Source: a virus (Duplodnaviria > Caudoviricetes). From it: a DNA stretch of 64,000 nt. Below the pieces are notes generated by a model. That model saw only the letters and a list, made by a program, of their open reading frames with translations, made no database searches and was not told the origin of the DNA. Positions 1 through 9,055 of the stretch are shown piece after piece; the stretch's first letter is position 1, and every line of letters begins with the position of its first letter. The position numbers and the translations under genes were made by a program. The stretch spans positions 14,455-78,454 of the IMG/VR virus record IMGVR_UViG_2934563053_000002. One strand, given 5' to 3'.

Positions 1-2
1 TC

Positions 3-875
3 GCCGAGCACGCCCATGCGGACGGCTCCGGCGCACACCCCTCTGTGCTCCGACTCCAGTACCGGACCGGCTACGACAGGGTGACCGTTCAGCGGGCACT
101 ACGCCGCCTCCAGGCGGGGAAGCTGATCAGTCCTATCGGCAGCGTCAGCGGCCGCACGGAGTGGCGACTGGCCTTGGACGCGCGCCGCCCTGCTTCCGAC
201 TGGCAGCAACTCGAAGACGGCGAGGACGCGGGCCGGGCGGCGGCGGCCGAGCGGAAGAGGAAGTCCCGAGCCAAGGCCGTCACGAACTCTGAGTCCGTGA
301 CCGTCACAGACGCAGAGTCTGTGACCGACGGGGATGTCACGAACTCTGAGTCCGTCCGTCACGCATCCGAAGTGCGTGACGTCACGAACTCTGAGTCCGG
401 ACGTCACGCACTCAACGCAGCCCTAACCATCAAGGAACCACCACCTCAACCACCAACAACCAAAAACACTTCTGAGCCTGGCGGCTCAGAAGGAGATTCC
501 CTCACCGATCCACTCGCCCTCGACAGCAGCGGCAACACCGCCCCCCAGCGCGACTACCGCCTCGACCAGTTCGGCGCGTTCTGGACCGTCTACCCCCGCA
601 GCAAGCAGATCGAGAAGGCCAAGCGCGCATGGCGCGACGCCATCGACCGCGGCGCCGACCCCGAACACCTCGTCGCTGCCGCCACCGCCTACGCCCACGA
701 ACGCAAGGACCAAGAGGCGAAGTTCACGCCCTACCCCGCCCGCTGGTTGGACGACGGCCGCTACGACGACGAGCCCGACCCCCAGCCCGCCAAGGGACGC
801 CACCTCCGCGCCGTCGGCGACTGGCAGCCCTTCCAGCCGCCCACCGACCACTCCGTCTACGAGAGCGGATTCTGA
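3..875 (+). CDS. Phage replication initiator (N-terminal HTH), 5'-truncated by window
   Basis: Frame open from base 3 (AEHAHADG..HPS..RL..RTG..TVQRALRRL); C-terminal FWTVYPR..KAKRAW..YPARWL motif; directly upstream of helicase loader. Confidence 0.8.
   Translation, partial: AEHAHADGSGAHPSVLRLQYRTGYDRVTVQRALRRLQAGKLISPIGSVSGRTEWRLALDARRPASDWQQLEDGEDAGRAAAAERKRKSRAKAVTNSESVTVTDAESVTDGDVTNSESVRHASEVRDVTNSESGRHALNAALTIKEPPPQPPTTKNTSEPGGSEGDSLTDPLALDSSGNTAPQRDYRLDQFGAFWTVYPRSKQIEKAKRAWRDAIDRGADPEHLVAAATAYAHERKDQEAKFTPYPARWLDDGRYDDEPDPQPAKGRHLRAVGDWQPFQPPTDHSVYESGF
279..475. repeat. Iteron-like array, probable replication origin
   Basis: About five 23-bp units GTCAC-N13-GTGAC (279, 303, 336, 358, 381; third and fifth imperfect), three sharing GTCACGAACTCTGAGTCCG, followed by an A-rich tract. 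Confidence 0.75.
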
Positions 876-1609
876 TGCCCGAGCCCGAGACCCTCGCCAA
901 CAAGCGCGGCAGCATGCTCGGCCGGCTCATGGCCGAGGCCGCCGCCCGCTGCCCCGACGCCGCCACCCTCGGCCCCCTCGACGCCGACGAGCCCACCCCC
1001 GACGAACCCGGCCACCCCGAGTACCACCGCCGCCAGCGCCGCGACTTCGCCCTCAAGCGCTGGCAGACCGCCGCGCCGTACCGGTACCGCGACGCCACCA
1101 CCACACACCCCCAGGTGATCGCCTGGGCCGACCGCGCCGTGAAGGACCTCCGCGACGCCGGGTTCCTCCTGCTGACCGGCCCCTTCGGCACCGGCAAAAC
1201 CCACAACGCCTACGGCGCCCTCCGTCGCATAGCCGAAGCCGGACCCGACCGCTACGAGATCATCGCGCTCACCGCCCCGGACATGTACGCCCTGCTCCGC
1301 CCCGGCGGCTCCGACCGCGGCGGCGAAGCCGAACTCAAGCGGCTCACCCGCGTACCGCTGCTCCTCCTCGACGACCTCGGCACCGAAAAGATCAGCGAGT
1401 GGACCGAGGAAGCCACCTACCGGCTCCTCAACGAGCGGTACAACGAATGCCGCCCCATGATCATCACGAGCAACCTGCCCCCGCACGACCCCAACGGGCC
1501 CGACCTCGTAGCGAAACTCGGCGAACGCATCACCTCCCGCCTCGCCCAGATGACCACCGTCATCCCCATGAACGGCAACGACCGACGCCGCGGGGGAGAC
1601 GCAGCATGA
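875..1609 (+). CDS. DnaC/IstB-like AAA+ helicase loader
   Basis: Walker A GPFGTGKT, Walker B LLLLDDLG, NERY..IITSN, RITSRL, NDRR. Confidence 0.9.
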   Translation: MPEPETLANKRGSMLGRLMAEAAARCPDAATLGPLDADEPTPDEPGHPEYHRRQRRDFALKRWQTAAPYRYRDATTTHPQVIAWADRAVKDLRDAGFLLLTGPFGTGKTHNAYGALRRIAEAGPDRYEIIALTAPDMYALLRPGGSDRGGEAELKRLTRVPLLLLDDLGTEKISEWTEEATYRLLNERYNECRPMIITSNLPPHDPNGPDLVAKLGERITSRLAQMTTVIPMNGNDRRRGGDAA

Positions 1610-1896
1610 ACCACGACGACCCCCGCATGGCCAACGTCGAATGCGGCATCGCCCGCCTCGGCTACCAGCACGGCAAGACCGGCATCGAGATCGCCGAACA
1701 GTGGATCGTCGCCCACCTCGACGCACTGCTCTCCGTCACCACCGGGCGGACCGCCGACCCGGCCGCCTTCCCCGACTTCGGCGACGGCTCGAAAGAGGAG
1801 ACCGCGCGCCGCATCGTCGCCCGCCTCCTCGACGCCGGCTGGCGCCCCGCCGACACCGAATGCCTCGACCTCCCAGCCGAAGGAGCCCCGCAATGA
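1606..1896 (+). CDS. Hypothetical phage protein
   Basis: ATGA overlap with both neighbours, GC3-rich codons. Confidence 0.7.
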   Translation: MNHDDPRMANVECGIARLGYQHGKTGIEIAEQWIVAHLDALLSVTTGRTADPAAFPDFGDGSKEETARRIVARLLDAGWRPADTECLDLPAEGAPQ

Positions 1897-2309
1897 AAGC
1901 CCTCACCATCCGCCAGCCCTGGGCCGACGCCATCACCCACGGCTCGAAGCGCGTCGAGAACCGCAGCTGGGAACTCCCGGCCAAGCACGTCGGCACCCGC
2001 ATCCTCATCCACGCCGGCCAGGGCTACGACCCGATGGGCCGCTTCATCATCGCGGACCACGACCTCGTCGCCTCCTGGCCCGACACCCGCGGCGCGATCA
2101 CCGCCGCCGCCACCCTGACCGGCTCCCACTGGTCGAAGGACGGCACATGCTGCCGACCGTGGGGCCAGGAAGTGTCCTACCACTGGCAGCTCGCCGACGT
2201 GGTCGCTCTCCCCGCCCCGGTGCCGTGCAAGGGCCGGCTCGGCTTCTGGACGCCGCCCGCCGAGGTCCTGGCCGCCGTCGAGCAGCAGCTCGCGGAGGTG
2301 TCCGCATGA
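1893..2309 (+). CDS. ASCH domain protein
   Basis: MKALTIRQPWA..I..GSKRVENRSW..ILIHAG..PVPCKGRLGFW. Confidence 0.9.
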   Translation: MKALTIRQPWADAITHGSKRVENRSWELPAKHVGTRILIHAGQGYDPMGRFIIADHDLVASWPDTRGAITAAATLTGSHWSKDGTCCRPWGQEVSYHWQLADVVALPAPVPCKGRLGFWTPPAEVLAAVEQQLAEVSA

Positions 2310-2578
2310 AGCGCAGCTTCGCCCGCCTCCTCGACGCACTCACCCACACCGGCCCCGGCTACAACCCGCCACACCAGCCCCGCCGCGGCGACGACATCGA
2401 CCGGTGGCTGAAAGCCCAGCGGGACGCGGCAGCCGACCACCCGGAGGCGTACCAGGCCGCGGACGGACTGCTCGACCTGTACCGGCTGCACGCCGACACC
2501 CGCACCCCGCTCACCGAACACGTCTGCGAGGGGCGGGTCATCGGCGACTGCGAGTGCTTCGAAGGCGGTGCCCGATGA
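2306..2578 (+). CDS. Hypothetical phage protein
   Basis: GGAGG RBS, ATGA overlaps. Confidence 0.7.
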   Translation: MKRSFARLLDALTHTGPGYNPPHQPRRGDDIDRWLKAQRDAAADHPEAYQAADGLLDLYRLHADTRTPLTEHVCEGRVIGDCECFEGGAR

Positions 2579-2778
2579 CCGGCCAGCACTCGCTCCGCGT
2601 CCGCCTCTACGGAGGCCGGTCTGTCCACGCCGCCCGCGAGCTGCCGATCTCCGGCGGCACCGAGACCGCCTGCGAGTACTTCATCGATGTTCTCGCCGCG
2701 AACCACTGGCTCGACGACGACACCGAGATCACCTGCCGCCGCTGCATCCACGCCATCAACCGAGAGGCCCAGCGATGA
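2575..2778 (+). CDS. Small Cys/His protein
   Basis: VHAA..TAC..ITCRRC; ATGA overlaps. Confidence 0.7.
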   Translation: MTGQHSLRVRLYGGRSVHAARELPISGGTETACEYFIDVLAANHWLDDDTEITCRRCIHAINREAQR

Positions 2779-3134
2779 CCGGCCAACTCCAGATCCCCGA
2801 GCCCACCCCCGGCACCATCAACGCCGCCGCCGGCGAACACGCCAAACAGACCGGCATGGCCCGCGCCGACCAGCTCGACCCCCACTGGGCCGACGCCTGC
2901 GACCAGCGCATAGCCAAGTTCGCCGCCCGCGGCATCCCCTTCCAAGCCGCCGACCTCGTCGCCGACGGCCTCGACGAACCCCCACACCCCAACTGCTGGG
3001 GCCCCCGCTTCCGCGCCGCCTCCCACGCCGGAGTCATCCGCTTCCACGGCTACGCCAAGTCGAAGCGCGCCACCGTCCACCGCTCCATCTGCCACGAGTG
3101 GATCGGCGCCGACACCGAGGAGCGTGCCGCGTGA
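2775..3134 (+). CDS. Hypothetical phage protein
   Basis: Overlapping junctions; PPHPNCWG motif. Confidence 0.7.
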   Translation: MTGQLQIPEPTPGTINAAAGEHAKQTGMARADQLDPHWADACDQRIAKFAARGIPFQAADLVADGLDEPPHPNCWGPRFRAASHAGVIRFHGYAKSKRATVHRSICHEWIGADTEERAA

Positions 3135-3739
3135 GCACCGACCGAGCACGACGCCGCACCATCACCTGCAACTCCTGCGGCCAAACCGCCGAACACCGCG
3201 GCCGCGGATACTGCGTCACCTGCTACACCCGCTGGGTCTACCACGGACGCCCAGCCAGCGGACCCCCGAACCCCGGCGAGCGCCCACGCAAGACCCCCAC
3301 CAAGCAGCACCGCCCCCTGCCCGCCTTCTGCAACCACGGCCACCGCCTCGACGACAGCAACCTGCGCTTCACCCCCGACGGCGTCCGCTACTGCCGAGCC
3401 TGCCGGTACGTCACCGACAAGACGTACACCGAGCGCCGGTTCACCAAGCGCCACGACAGCCACGACGTCATCCCCACCCGCGACGGCCGCCGCTACTGCC
3501 GCACCTGCAACCGCGGCGACCACGACATCGACGAGATGGCAGTGGAACGCGCCGCCTCCGGAGACCGCCCCGCCCGCGTCACCCCCGCCGAACTCGAAGC
3601 CGCAGTCATCCAACTCCGCCTGTACGGACTCACCTACGAGCTGATATCCGCCCGCACCGGATGCAGCCTCCGACAGGCATGGGGGATCTGCCACCGCAAC
3701 GGGCTCAGCAGCCCCCGGGCCACGAAGGAAGCGTCATGA
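3131..3739 (+). CDS. Multi-zinc-finger protein with C-terminal HTH
   Basis: Several CxxC pairs, CNHGH...YCRAC motif, C-terminal LTYELISARTGCSLRQAW. Confidence 0.7.
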   Translation: MSTDRARRRTITCNSCGQTAEHRGRGYCVTCYTRWVYHGRPASGPPNPGERPRKTPTKQHRPLPAFCNHGHRLDDSNLRFTPDGVRYCRACRYVTDKTYTERRFTKRHDSHDVIPTRDGRRYCRTCNRGDHDIDEMAVERAASGDRPARVTPAELEAAVIQLRLYGLTYELISARTGCSLRQAWGICHRNGLSSPRATKEAS

Positions 3740-4077
3740 GCCACTCCTGCACCCACTGGCGCAGCGACAACCCGCCCACGGCCGACGCAACACCAGCCAT
3801 CCCCCACCGGCCCATCCACCTGCCGACCAAGCCAACTGCATTCCGCGTGCACACCGAGAACGGCCGCACGCAGGACTGCACCCTGCATCCCGACGGCCGC
3901 ATGACCATGCTCACCTCGGGCCAGACCTGGACATCAGCACTCAGCTTCGACGAGATGCGAGAGCTGAACTGGGCGGGCGCGCGGATCGAATGGGACCCCG
4001 CGCCGCTGCCGGGAGCCCCGCCGGTCGCGGAGCAGCCGACCCAGATGGACATCGCCAGTCAGGGCGGCGTCTCGTGA
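3736..4077 (+). CDS. Hypothetical phage protein
   Basis: Overlapping junctions. Confidence 0.6.
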   Translation: MSHSCTHWRSDNPPTADATPAIPHRPIHLPTKPTAFRVHTENGRTQDCTLHPDGRMTMLTSGQTWTSALSFDEMRELNWAGARIEWDPAPLPGAPPVAEQPTQMDIASQGGVS

Positions 4078-4385
4078 CGCGCCGGCCGCACAGCGTCCCC
4101 ATGCCCGACGGGATCCGCGCCATGTCCCGCACCGGACAGCACCCCGCCCGCGCCGTCACTTGCCCCCACTGCGGCGCCCACGACCGCGCACCCTGCACCA
4201 CCCCGTCCCGCAGGCACCAGCTCACCGAGAACCCCGTCCACCACGCCCGCATCTCCGCGTGGGTCATCGCCACCGCCGTCTGCCCCGCCTGCCAAGTCGC
4301 CCCCGGAACCCCCTGCCGGGTCGGCGGCAGGGCCATCCCCGAACCCCACCCACAGCGCGTACAGGAAGCCGAGGTCACCACATGA
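4074..4385 (+). CDS. Zinc-finger domain protein
   Basis: Two CPxC.A....PC...H..R units. Confidence 0.7.
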   Translation: MTRRPHSVPMPDGIRAMSRTGQHPARAVTCPHCGAHDRAPCTTPSRRHQLTENPVHHARISAWVIATAVCPACQVAPGTPCRVGGRAIPEPHPQRVQEAEVTT

Positions 4386-4765
4386 CCAGCACCATGGAAT
4401 GGATCCGCCGCCAGTACGACGTCCCCGCCCGCCACCGGATGCGCATCGAATACGACGGCAAGCCCGCCACCATCACCGGCGCAGGCGGCGGCGGACACCT
4501 CCGCTTCCGCATCGACGGCGAGAAACGCATCACCACCGGCCACCCCTGCTACCGCATCGTCTACCCGGCCGTCCCCGAACCCACCCGACCGCGCGGCTGG
4601 TGCAAGCACTGCGGCAAGGACCGGGCCATGACCCGAGCCGGTGTCATGGGCAACCACCACTGGGGCGGACGCACCTGGTCCAAGCCCTGCCCCGGGTCCG
4701 GAAAGCCGCCGTGGAAGCCCGTCCGCAACCAGACCCACCCCGGCGAGCAGAGGACCACACCGTGA
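4382..4765 (+). CDS. Hypothetical phage protein
   Basis: WIRRQYDVPA..GMRI-like N-terminus; CxxC..H..C. Confidence 0.7.
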   Translation: MTSTMEWIRRQYDVPARHRMRIEYDGKPATITGAGGGGHLRFRIDGEKRITTGHPCYRIVYPAVPEPTRPRGWCKHCGKDRAMTRAGVMGNHHWGGRTWSKPCPGSGKPPWKPVRNQTHPGEQRTTP

Positions 4766-5154
4766 CCGCCCCGTACCGCGTACTCGTCACCGGCAGCCGC
4801 GACTGGCCCGCCTCCGCCGTGGTGTGGGCTGCGCTCAACAACGTCCGCGACGAAGCACTCATCACCGACCGGCCACTCGTCGTGGTCCACGGCGCCTGCC
4901 CGACCGGCGCCGACGCCCAAGCCCGCGACTGGTGCCTCACCGCCACCAGCTTCGTCAACGGCGTCACCGAGGAACAACACCCCGCCAACTGGCAGATCAA
5001 CGGGCGCCGGGCCGGGTTCATCCGCAACGCCCACATGGTCTACCTCGGCGCCGACCTCTGCCTCGCCTTCATCCGCAACGGCAGCCGCGGCGCCACCCAC
5101 ACCGCCGACCTCGCCGAGCAGGCCGGTATCCCCGTTAGGTGCTGGACCACATGA
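4762..5154 (+). CDS. SLOG family (DUF2493/YspA-like) protein
   Basis: RVLVTGSRDW, VVVHGACPTGAD, HPANW, AGFIRNAHMV, GSRGA. Confidence 0.85.
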   Translation: MTAPYRVLVTGSRDWPASAVVWAALNNVRDEALITDRPLVVVHGACPTGADAQARDWCLTATSFVNGVTEEQHPANWQINGRRAGFIRNAHMVYLGADLCLAFIRNGSRGATHTADLAEQAGIPVRCWTT

Positions 5155-5363
5155 CCACCGCCTACGACCGGCTCCTCGCCGAGGAGATACCCGTCCGCCC
5201 CGCACCCCCGCCGCACACACCCCAGCACACCCACCACCCCAGCGCCTGGACACCCGAGCAGCAGGCCCAGCACCGCGCCGACCTCCTCGCCGCACTCGAC
5301 GCACACCACGCCCACCACCGCGGCCGACACCTCGCAGCCGTACCCGAACAGGACGCCGCCTAA
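5151..5363 (+). CDS. Hypothetical protein
   Basis: ATGA overlap; WTPEQQAQHRADL motif. Confidence 0.6.
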   Translation: MTTAYDRLLAEEIPVRPAPPPHTPQHTHHPSAWTPEQQAQHRADLLAALDAHHAHHRGRHLAAVPEQDAA

Positions 5364-5716
5364 TGGCCCGCAGCCCCGCAAACCAGCCCGCACTCGGCGA
5401 CCGCCACCACCCCATCCCCACCACACCCGACACCGTCCCAGCCGGCTGCTGGTGGTTCACCGACCCCGACGGCGCCCTATCCCTCCTCCCCGGATGCATG
5501 GCCCGCATCCAAGACCCAGAAGCCGAATGCACATGCGACACCCTCGGCGCCCGCCTGGAACGCACCCAACGGAAGCTCAGAGAAGAGCGAGCCGAACGGC
5601 AGTACGCCGAGGCCTGGTACCAGGCCCTGCACGCCGCCCTCGACGCCCACCCCGCCGGACCAGAAATCCGAGCCGACGCGCGCAGCAGACGAGATGCAAC
5701 CCCCGCCCGACCGTAG
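5363..5716 (+). CDS. Hypothetical protein
   Basis: TAATG overlap; PGCM..CTC. Confidence 0.6.
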   Translation: MARSPANQPALGDRHHPIPTTPDTVPAGCWWFTDPDGALSLLPGCMARIQDPEAECTCDTLGARLERTQRKLREERAERQYAEAWYQALHAALDAHPAGPEIRADARSRRDATPARP

Positions 5717-5747
5717 ATCTCCGACAACCCCAGGCAGCGAGGACACC

Positions 5748-6470
5748 ATGCCAAACCCCTGCCCCACCCCGGACAAGGTCCGCTACGCCACCCGAGCCGG
5801 CGCCGAGCAAGGCGCCCACCGCGCCCGGCTCCACTTCGACGACACCGTCTACCCGTATGCGTGCTCGTGCACGTGGTGGCACCTGTCCAAGAACCAGCCC
5901 GAGTCCACCCCGAGCCCGGAGGACGCGAGCCGTGCCGCCATCGAGCGGGTAGCCGCTCTCCCCAGCATCGCCTTCCGGGAGATCGTCGCCAACGACGCAG
6001 CCGGGAAGGGAGACCGTGATGAGCGTGGGGCACTGCGCGCTCCGGTGAACTTGACCCGTTGGCGTCGGGCGCTTGGCGAACTGCTGCACGACGTGCAAGA
6101 GCAACTGACGTCGAGCCGCTGGAACAAGACGTTGGCCGCGCAGGACTGGCGGAAGCGGGCGACCGGCTACCAGGAGCAGCTGCTGCGACGGCAGGTGGAG
6201 TGCAAGCAGCTGCGGGCGGATGCGCACGCGGTGGGTGTGTCGAGCCGTGTGGCGTCGCGGCGGCGTGTGGTGGATGCGGCTCGGTTGTCGGGCGCTCCGG
6301 TGAAGGAGTTGCGGCGGCTGGCTGGCGAGATGGCGGTGGATCGGCTGATCGAGGCTCATCGGGGCGAGTTCGATGGACTGCTGGCTGAGGAGTACGCCGC
6401 GGTGGATCTGCCGCTGCCGGAGGGCGTCATGCAGCGGATGACGGAGGCGGAAGTGGGAGCGGCGTCGTGA
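5748..6470 (+). CDS. Hypothetical protein with N-terminal CPTPDK..Y.C.C.WWHL zinc-binding motif
   Basis: Motif and GAGGA RBS. Confidence 0.7.
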   Translation: MPNPCPTPDKVRYATRAGAEQGAHRARLHFDDTVYPYACSCTWWHLSKNQPESTPSPEDASRAAIERVAALPSIAFREIVANDAAGKGDRDERGALRAPVNLTRWRRALGELLHDVQEQLTSSRWNKTLAAQDWRKRATGYQEQLLRRQVECKQLRADAHAVGVSSRVASRRRVVDAARLSGAPVKELRRLAGEMAVDRLIEAHRGEFDGLLAEEYAAVDLPLPEGVMQRMTEAEVGAAS

Positions 6471-6919
6471 GCCTGCGCCTCGTGCCGGTCCGCTTCCGCC
6501 AGGCCCAAGCGTTCTGTGCGATGTGGCACCGGCACCATCCGGCGCCCCGCGGCATGGTCTTTGCCGTCGGTGTCGCCGATCAGCACGGTGTGCTTCGCGG
6601 TGTCGTTGTCGTCGGCCGGCCCGTCGCCCGGCACCTGGACAACGGGCAGACGCTGGAGGTCACCCGCACCGTCACGGACGGCACGGTCAATGCCAACTCG
6701 ATGCTGTACGGCGCGGCGACAAGGGCGGCATGGGCGCTGGGCTACACCCGGTTGATCACGTACACGCAGGCGGGAGAGAACGGTGCGAGCCTGCGCGCGG
6801 CCGGGTGGCGCGTGCTCGCTAAGCGGCCTGCCACCCCGGGCTGGGACCGGCCGTCCCGCCCGCGTGAGCCCCGCGGTACGGAGCACATGCCGCGAACGCT
6901 GTGGGAGGCCGCCTCATGA
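6467..6919 (+). CDS. XF1762 family (Mom-like GNAT fold) protein
   Basis: HRHH, GVVVVGRPVARHLD, LEVTR, NANSMLYGA, LITYT..ENGASLRAAGW. Confidence 0.8.
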   Translation: MSLRLVPVRFRQAQAFCAMWHRHHPAPRGMVFAVGVADQHGVLRGVVVVGRPVARHLDNGQTLEVTRTVTDGTVNANSMLYGAATRAAWALGYTRLITYTQAGENGASLRAAGWRVLAKRPATPGWDRPSRPREPRGTEHMPRTLWEAAS

Positions 6920-7188
6920 CGTCCCGCCGCTGTGCCGGTTGCGGGCGCGCGTTGCGGGATCCGGTGTCGGTCTCGGCCGGTATGGGTCCGGTGTGTCGGC
7001 GTGCGGTCCGCGGGCCGGAGCCGCTGCGGATGCATGAAGGGGTGGTTCCTGCGGTGTCCGGCCAGCTCGAACTACCGGGCTGCGGTGAACTGCCAGCCAC
7101 CTCCCCGCTCAACCACCGTCGTGTCCGCCGCCGCGGGCCGACCGTCGACCTGCCCGACATCGCCAACTACCCCGGAGGACTCTCATGA
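6916..7188 (+). CDS. DUF6011-like zinc-finger protein
   Basis: CAGCGRALRDPVS...GMGPVC. Confidence 0.75.
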   Translation: MTSRRCAGCGRALRDPVSVSAGMGPVCRRAVRGPEPLRMHEGVVPAVSGQLELPGCGELPATSPLNHRRVRRRGPTVDLPDIANYPGGLS

Positions 7189-7466
7189 CCGCCGTCCCAA
7201 CGGAGCCGTTCCTGTCCGTTGCCGTGCGCTGCTTCGTCGTCGGTGCTGTCGGCACTGCGGTGGTGAACGCGGTGTGGTGGCTGATGGCCGGTGGGCCGAT
7301 GCCGCCGTGGGCGTCGCTCGTCACGTCGATGGTGGTGATGGCTGCTGTTGGTCGGGTGGCTGCGTATCGGCGTGAGCGTGCGTGGCGGCGGGTGATCGCC
7401 GCCTATGACTTGCCGTCGTTCGGTGCGGATTGCGGGGACACGCCCGGTCGTCCGCCTGCTGTCTGA
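7185..7466 (+). CDS. Small membrane protein
   Basis: Two hydrophobic segments, GGAGG RBS. Confidence 0.6.
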   Translation: MTAVPTEPFLSVAVRCFVVGAVGTAVVNAVWWLMAGGPMPPWASLVTSMVVMAAVGRVAAYRRERAWRRVIAAYDLPSFGADCGDTPGRPPAV

Positions 7467-7521
7467 TCCCTTTCGTTTGCCCGGTCGCCGTGCGCGGCCG
7501 GGCCCACCCCCGGAGAACCTG

Positions 7522-8211
7522 ATGACCGAGCCCAACAGTGCTGCGCTCCTCGCTAGTAGCTGCGATGCCTGCCAGCACACTCTCAACTGGCACCGCAACG
7601 ACGTCGGCTGCACCGTCCCTCGCTGCGCTTGTGGACGCTTCCAGCCCAGCATCCCCGAGACGCCTGCTGTGCGCCCGCGGGACGGCCGTACAGGCGCTCC
7701 GGCGTCTCCGTGCCCGCCGGACGCCCCGAGCGGGCCGCAGACGGGCGCACAGGACCGCGAGGCCCCAACTCATCCCGCCCGCCTCCGCGCTGTGGTGCTG
7801 TCCGCTCTCGCCGGCTGCGGTGTGCAGGTGCCCGCCGCGCGTGCGCAGGCCGCTGCGGAGACCGTGCTCGTGCACCTGGCCGACGCGCAGCAGCCCGGCG
7901 GCGGCGCAGTCCGCGTCACCACCGGCAGCAGCGAACGCCGCGACCGGTACGCGGCAGCAGTCCGCCGCCTCCACGAGACCGGCGGCCTCTACGCCCTCGA
8001 CGCAGGCGAGGACACCCGCATCGCCGACGCCGTGACGCCCGTGGCCGACGCCGAGCAGCACGCGGTGTACCGGCTGCTCGCCGAGTCCCGCACCCGCGAA
8101 ACCCGCCTGCGGGACGCACTCCAGCGCATCGACTCCAACATCGCGAACGGCGGGGCATCCGACGGTCTCCTGATCCGCTCCATCCGAGACATCACAAGGA
8201 GTGCACTGTGA
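7522..8211 (+). CDS. Hypothetical protein
   Basis: GGAG RBS; N-terminal CxxCxH..H..C..CxC. Confidence 0.6.
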   Translation: MTEPNSAALLASSCDACQHTLNWHRNDVGCTVPRCACGRFQPSIPETPAVRPRDGRTGAPASPCPPDAPSGPQTGAQDREAPTHPARLRAVVLSALAGCGVQVPAARAQAAAETVLVHLADAQQPGGGAVRVTTGSSERRDRYAAAVRRLHETGGLYALDAGEDTRIADAVTPVADAEQHAVYRLLAESRTRETRLRDALQRIDSNIANGGASDGLLIRSIRDITRSAL

Positions 8212-8609
8212 CCACCGACGAACGACGCAAGCGGTTCCGCACGGCGGTGTACCAGGCCATCGAGCGAGGAGACGACCCCGCCGACGCCGCCAAGGCCGTA
8301 TCCGACCAGGCGCAGCACGAGACGGTGACACGCCTCCGCGACGAGCGTGACCGGGCCATCCGCATCGCCGTGGCCCTGGAGAACCAGCTCGCCGCCGTGC
8401 AGGAGTACGCGCGGCACAGCGACGACACCGCACCCCGCACCCGCGAAACCATCCTCCGCCTCACCGACGGCTACCAGCCCGACGCCAGCGCCCCACAGCA
8501 CCTCGCCCGCGGCAGCAACGCCGAGAAGTGCCCCGCATGCGTGAGCACCAGACGGTCGTATGTGCCCCTCCTCCTCTGCCCCGGACCCGACGACGGAGCC
8601 GCATCGTGA
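8208..8609 (+). CDS. Hypothetical protein
   Basis: AGGAG RBS, GTGA overlaps; NAEKCPAC..LLCPG. Confidence 0.6.
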   Translation: MTTDERRKRFRTAVYQAIERGDDPADAAKAVSDQAQHETVTRLRDERDRAIRIAVALENQLAAVQEYARHSDDTAPRTRETILRLTDGYQPDASAPQHLARGSNAEKCPACVSTRRSYVPLLLCPGPDDGAAS

Positions 8610-9055
8610 CCGTGTCCCGGGAACTAAGCGAAACCGAACTGGCAGTCCTCCGCAGAACCGCGGACGGCGACACCTACAGCGAGATCGGCCACCACATCAA
8701 CCTCACCACCAAGAGCGTGGCGAACGTAGCCACCCGCGTCATGCGCAAACTCGGCGCGGTCAGCATGCCCCACGCCGTCTACCTCGCCACCCGCACCGGA
8801 CTCCTCGACGCCCCCCTCGACAACCCCCTGACCGCCCGGCAGCTCGAAGCGCTCCTTTGGACCGCCCTCGGCTACACCGCGCAACACGCCGCCGACCACA
8901 TGGGCGTGTCCCTCGACACCGTCCGCTGGCTCCTCCGCACAACCCACCACCGGCTCGGCGCCCGCACCGCCACCCACGCCGTCGCCCTCGCCATGGCCGC
9001 CGGCCTCATCACCCCAGCCCACATCACCACCCGGCGACAGGAACACGCCGCATGA
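8606..9055 (+). CDS. Tandem LuxR-type HTH regulator (no receiver domain)
   Basis: Two LuxR HTH repeats: LSETELAVL..G.T..EIG..KLGA..HAV and LTARQLEAL..G....A..MGVSLDTV..RLGA..HAV. Confidence 0.85.
   Translation: MTVSRELSETELAVLRRTADGDTYSEIGHHINLTTKSVANVATRVMRKLGAVSMPHAVYLATRTGLLDAPLDNPLTARQLEALLWTALGYTAQHAADHMGVSLDTVRWLLRTTHHRLGARTATHAVALAMAAGLITPAHITTRRQEHAA

Noticed and set aside
279-403. Repeat array as CRISPR
   Set aside because: Units nearly abut with no unique spacers; fits iterons in an initiator gene
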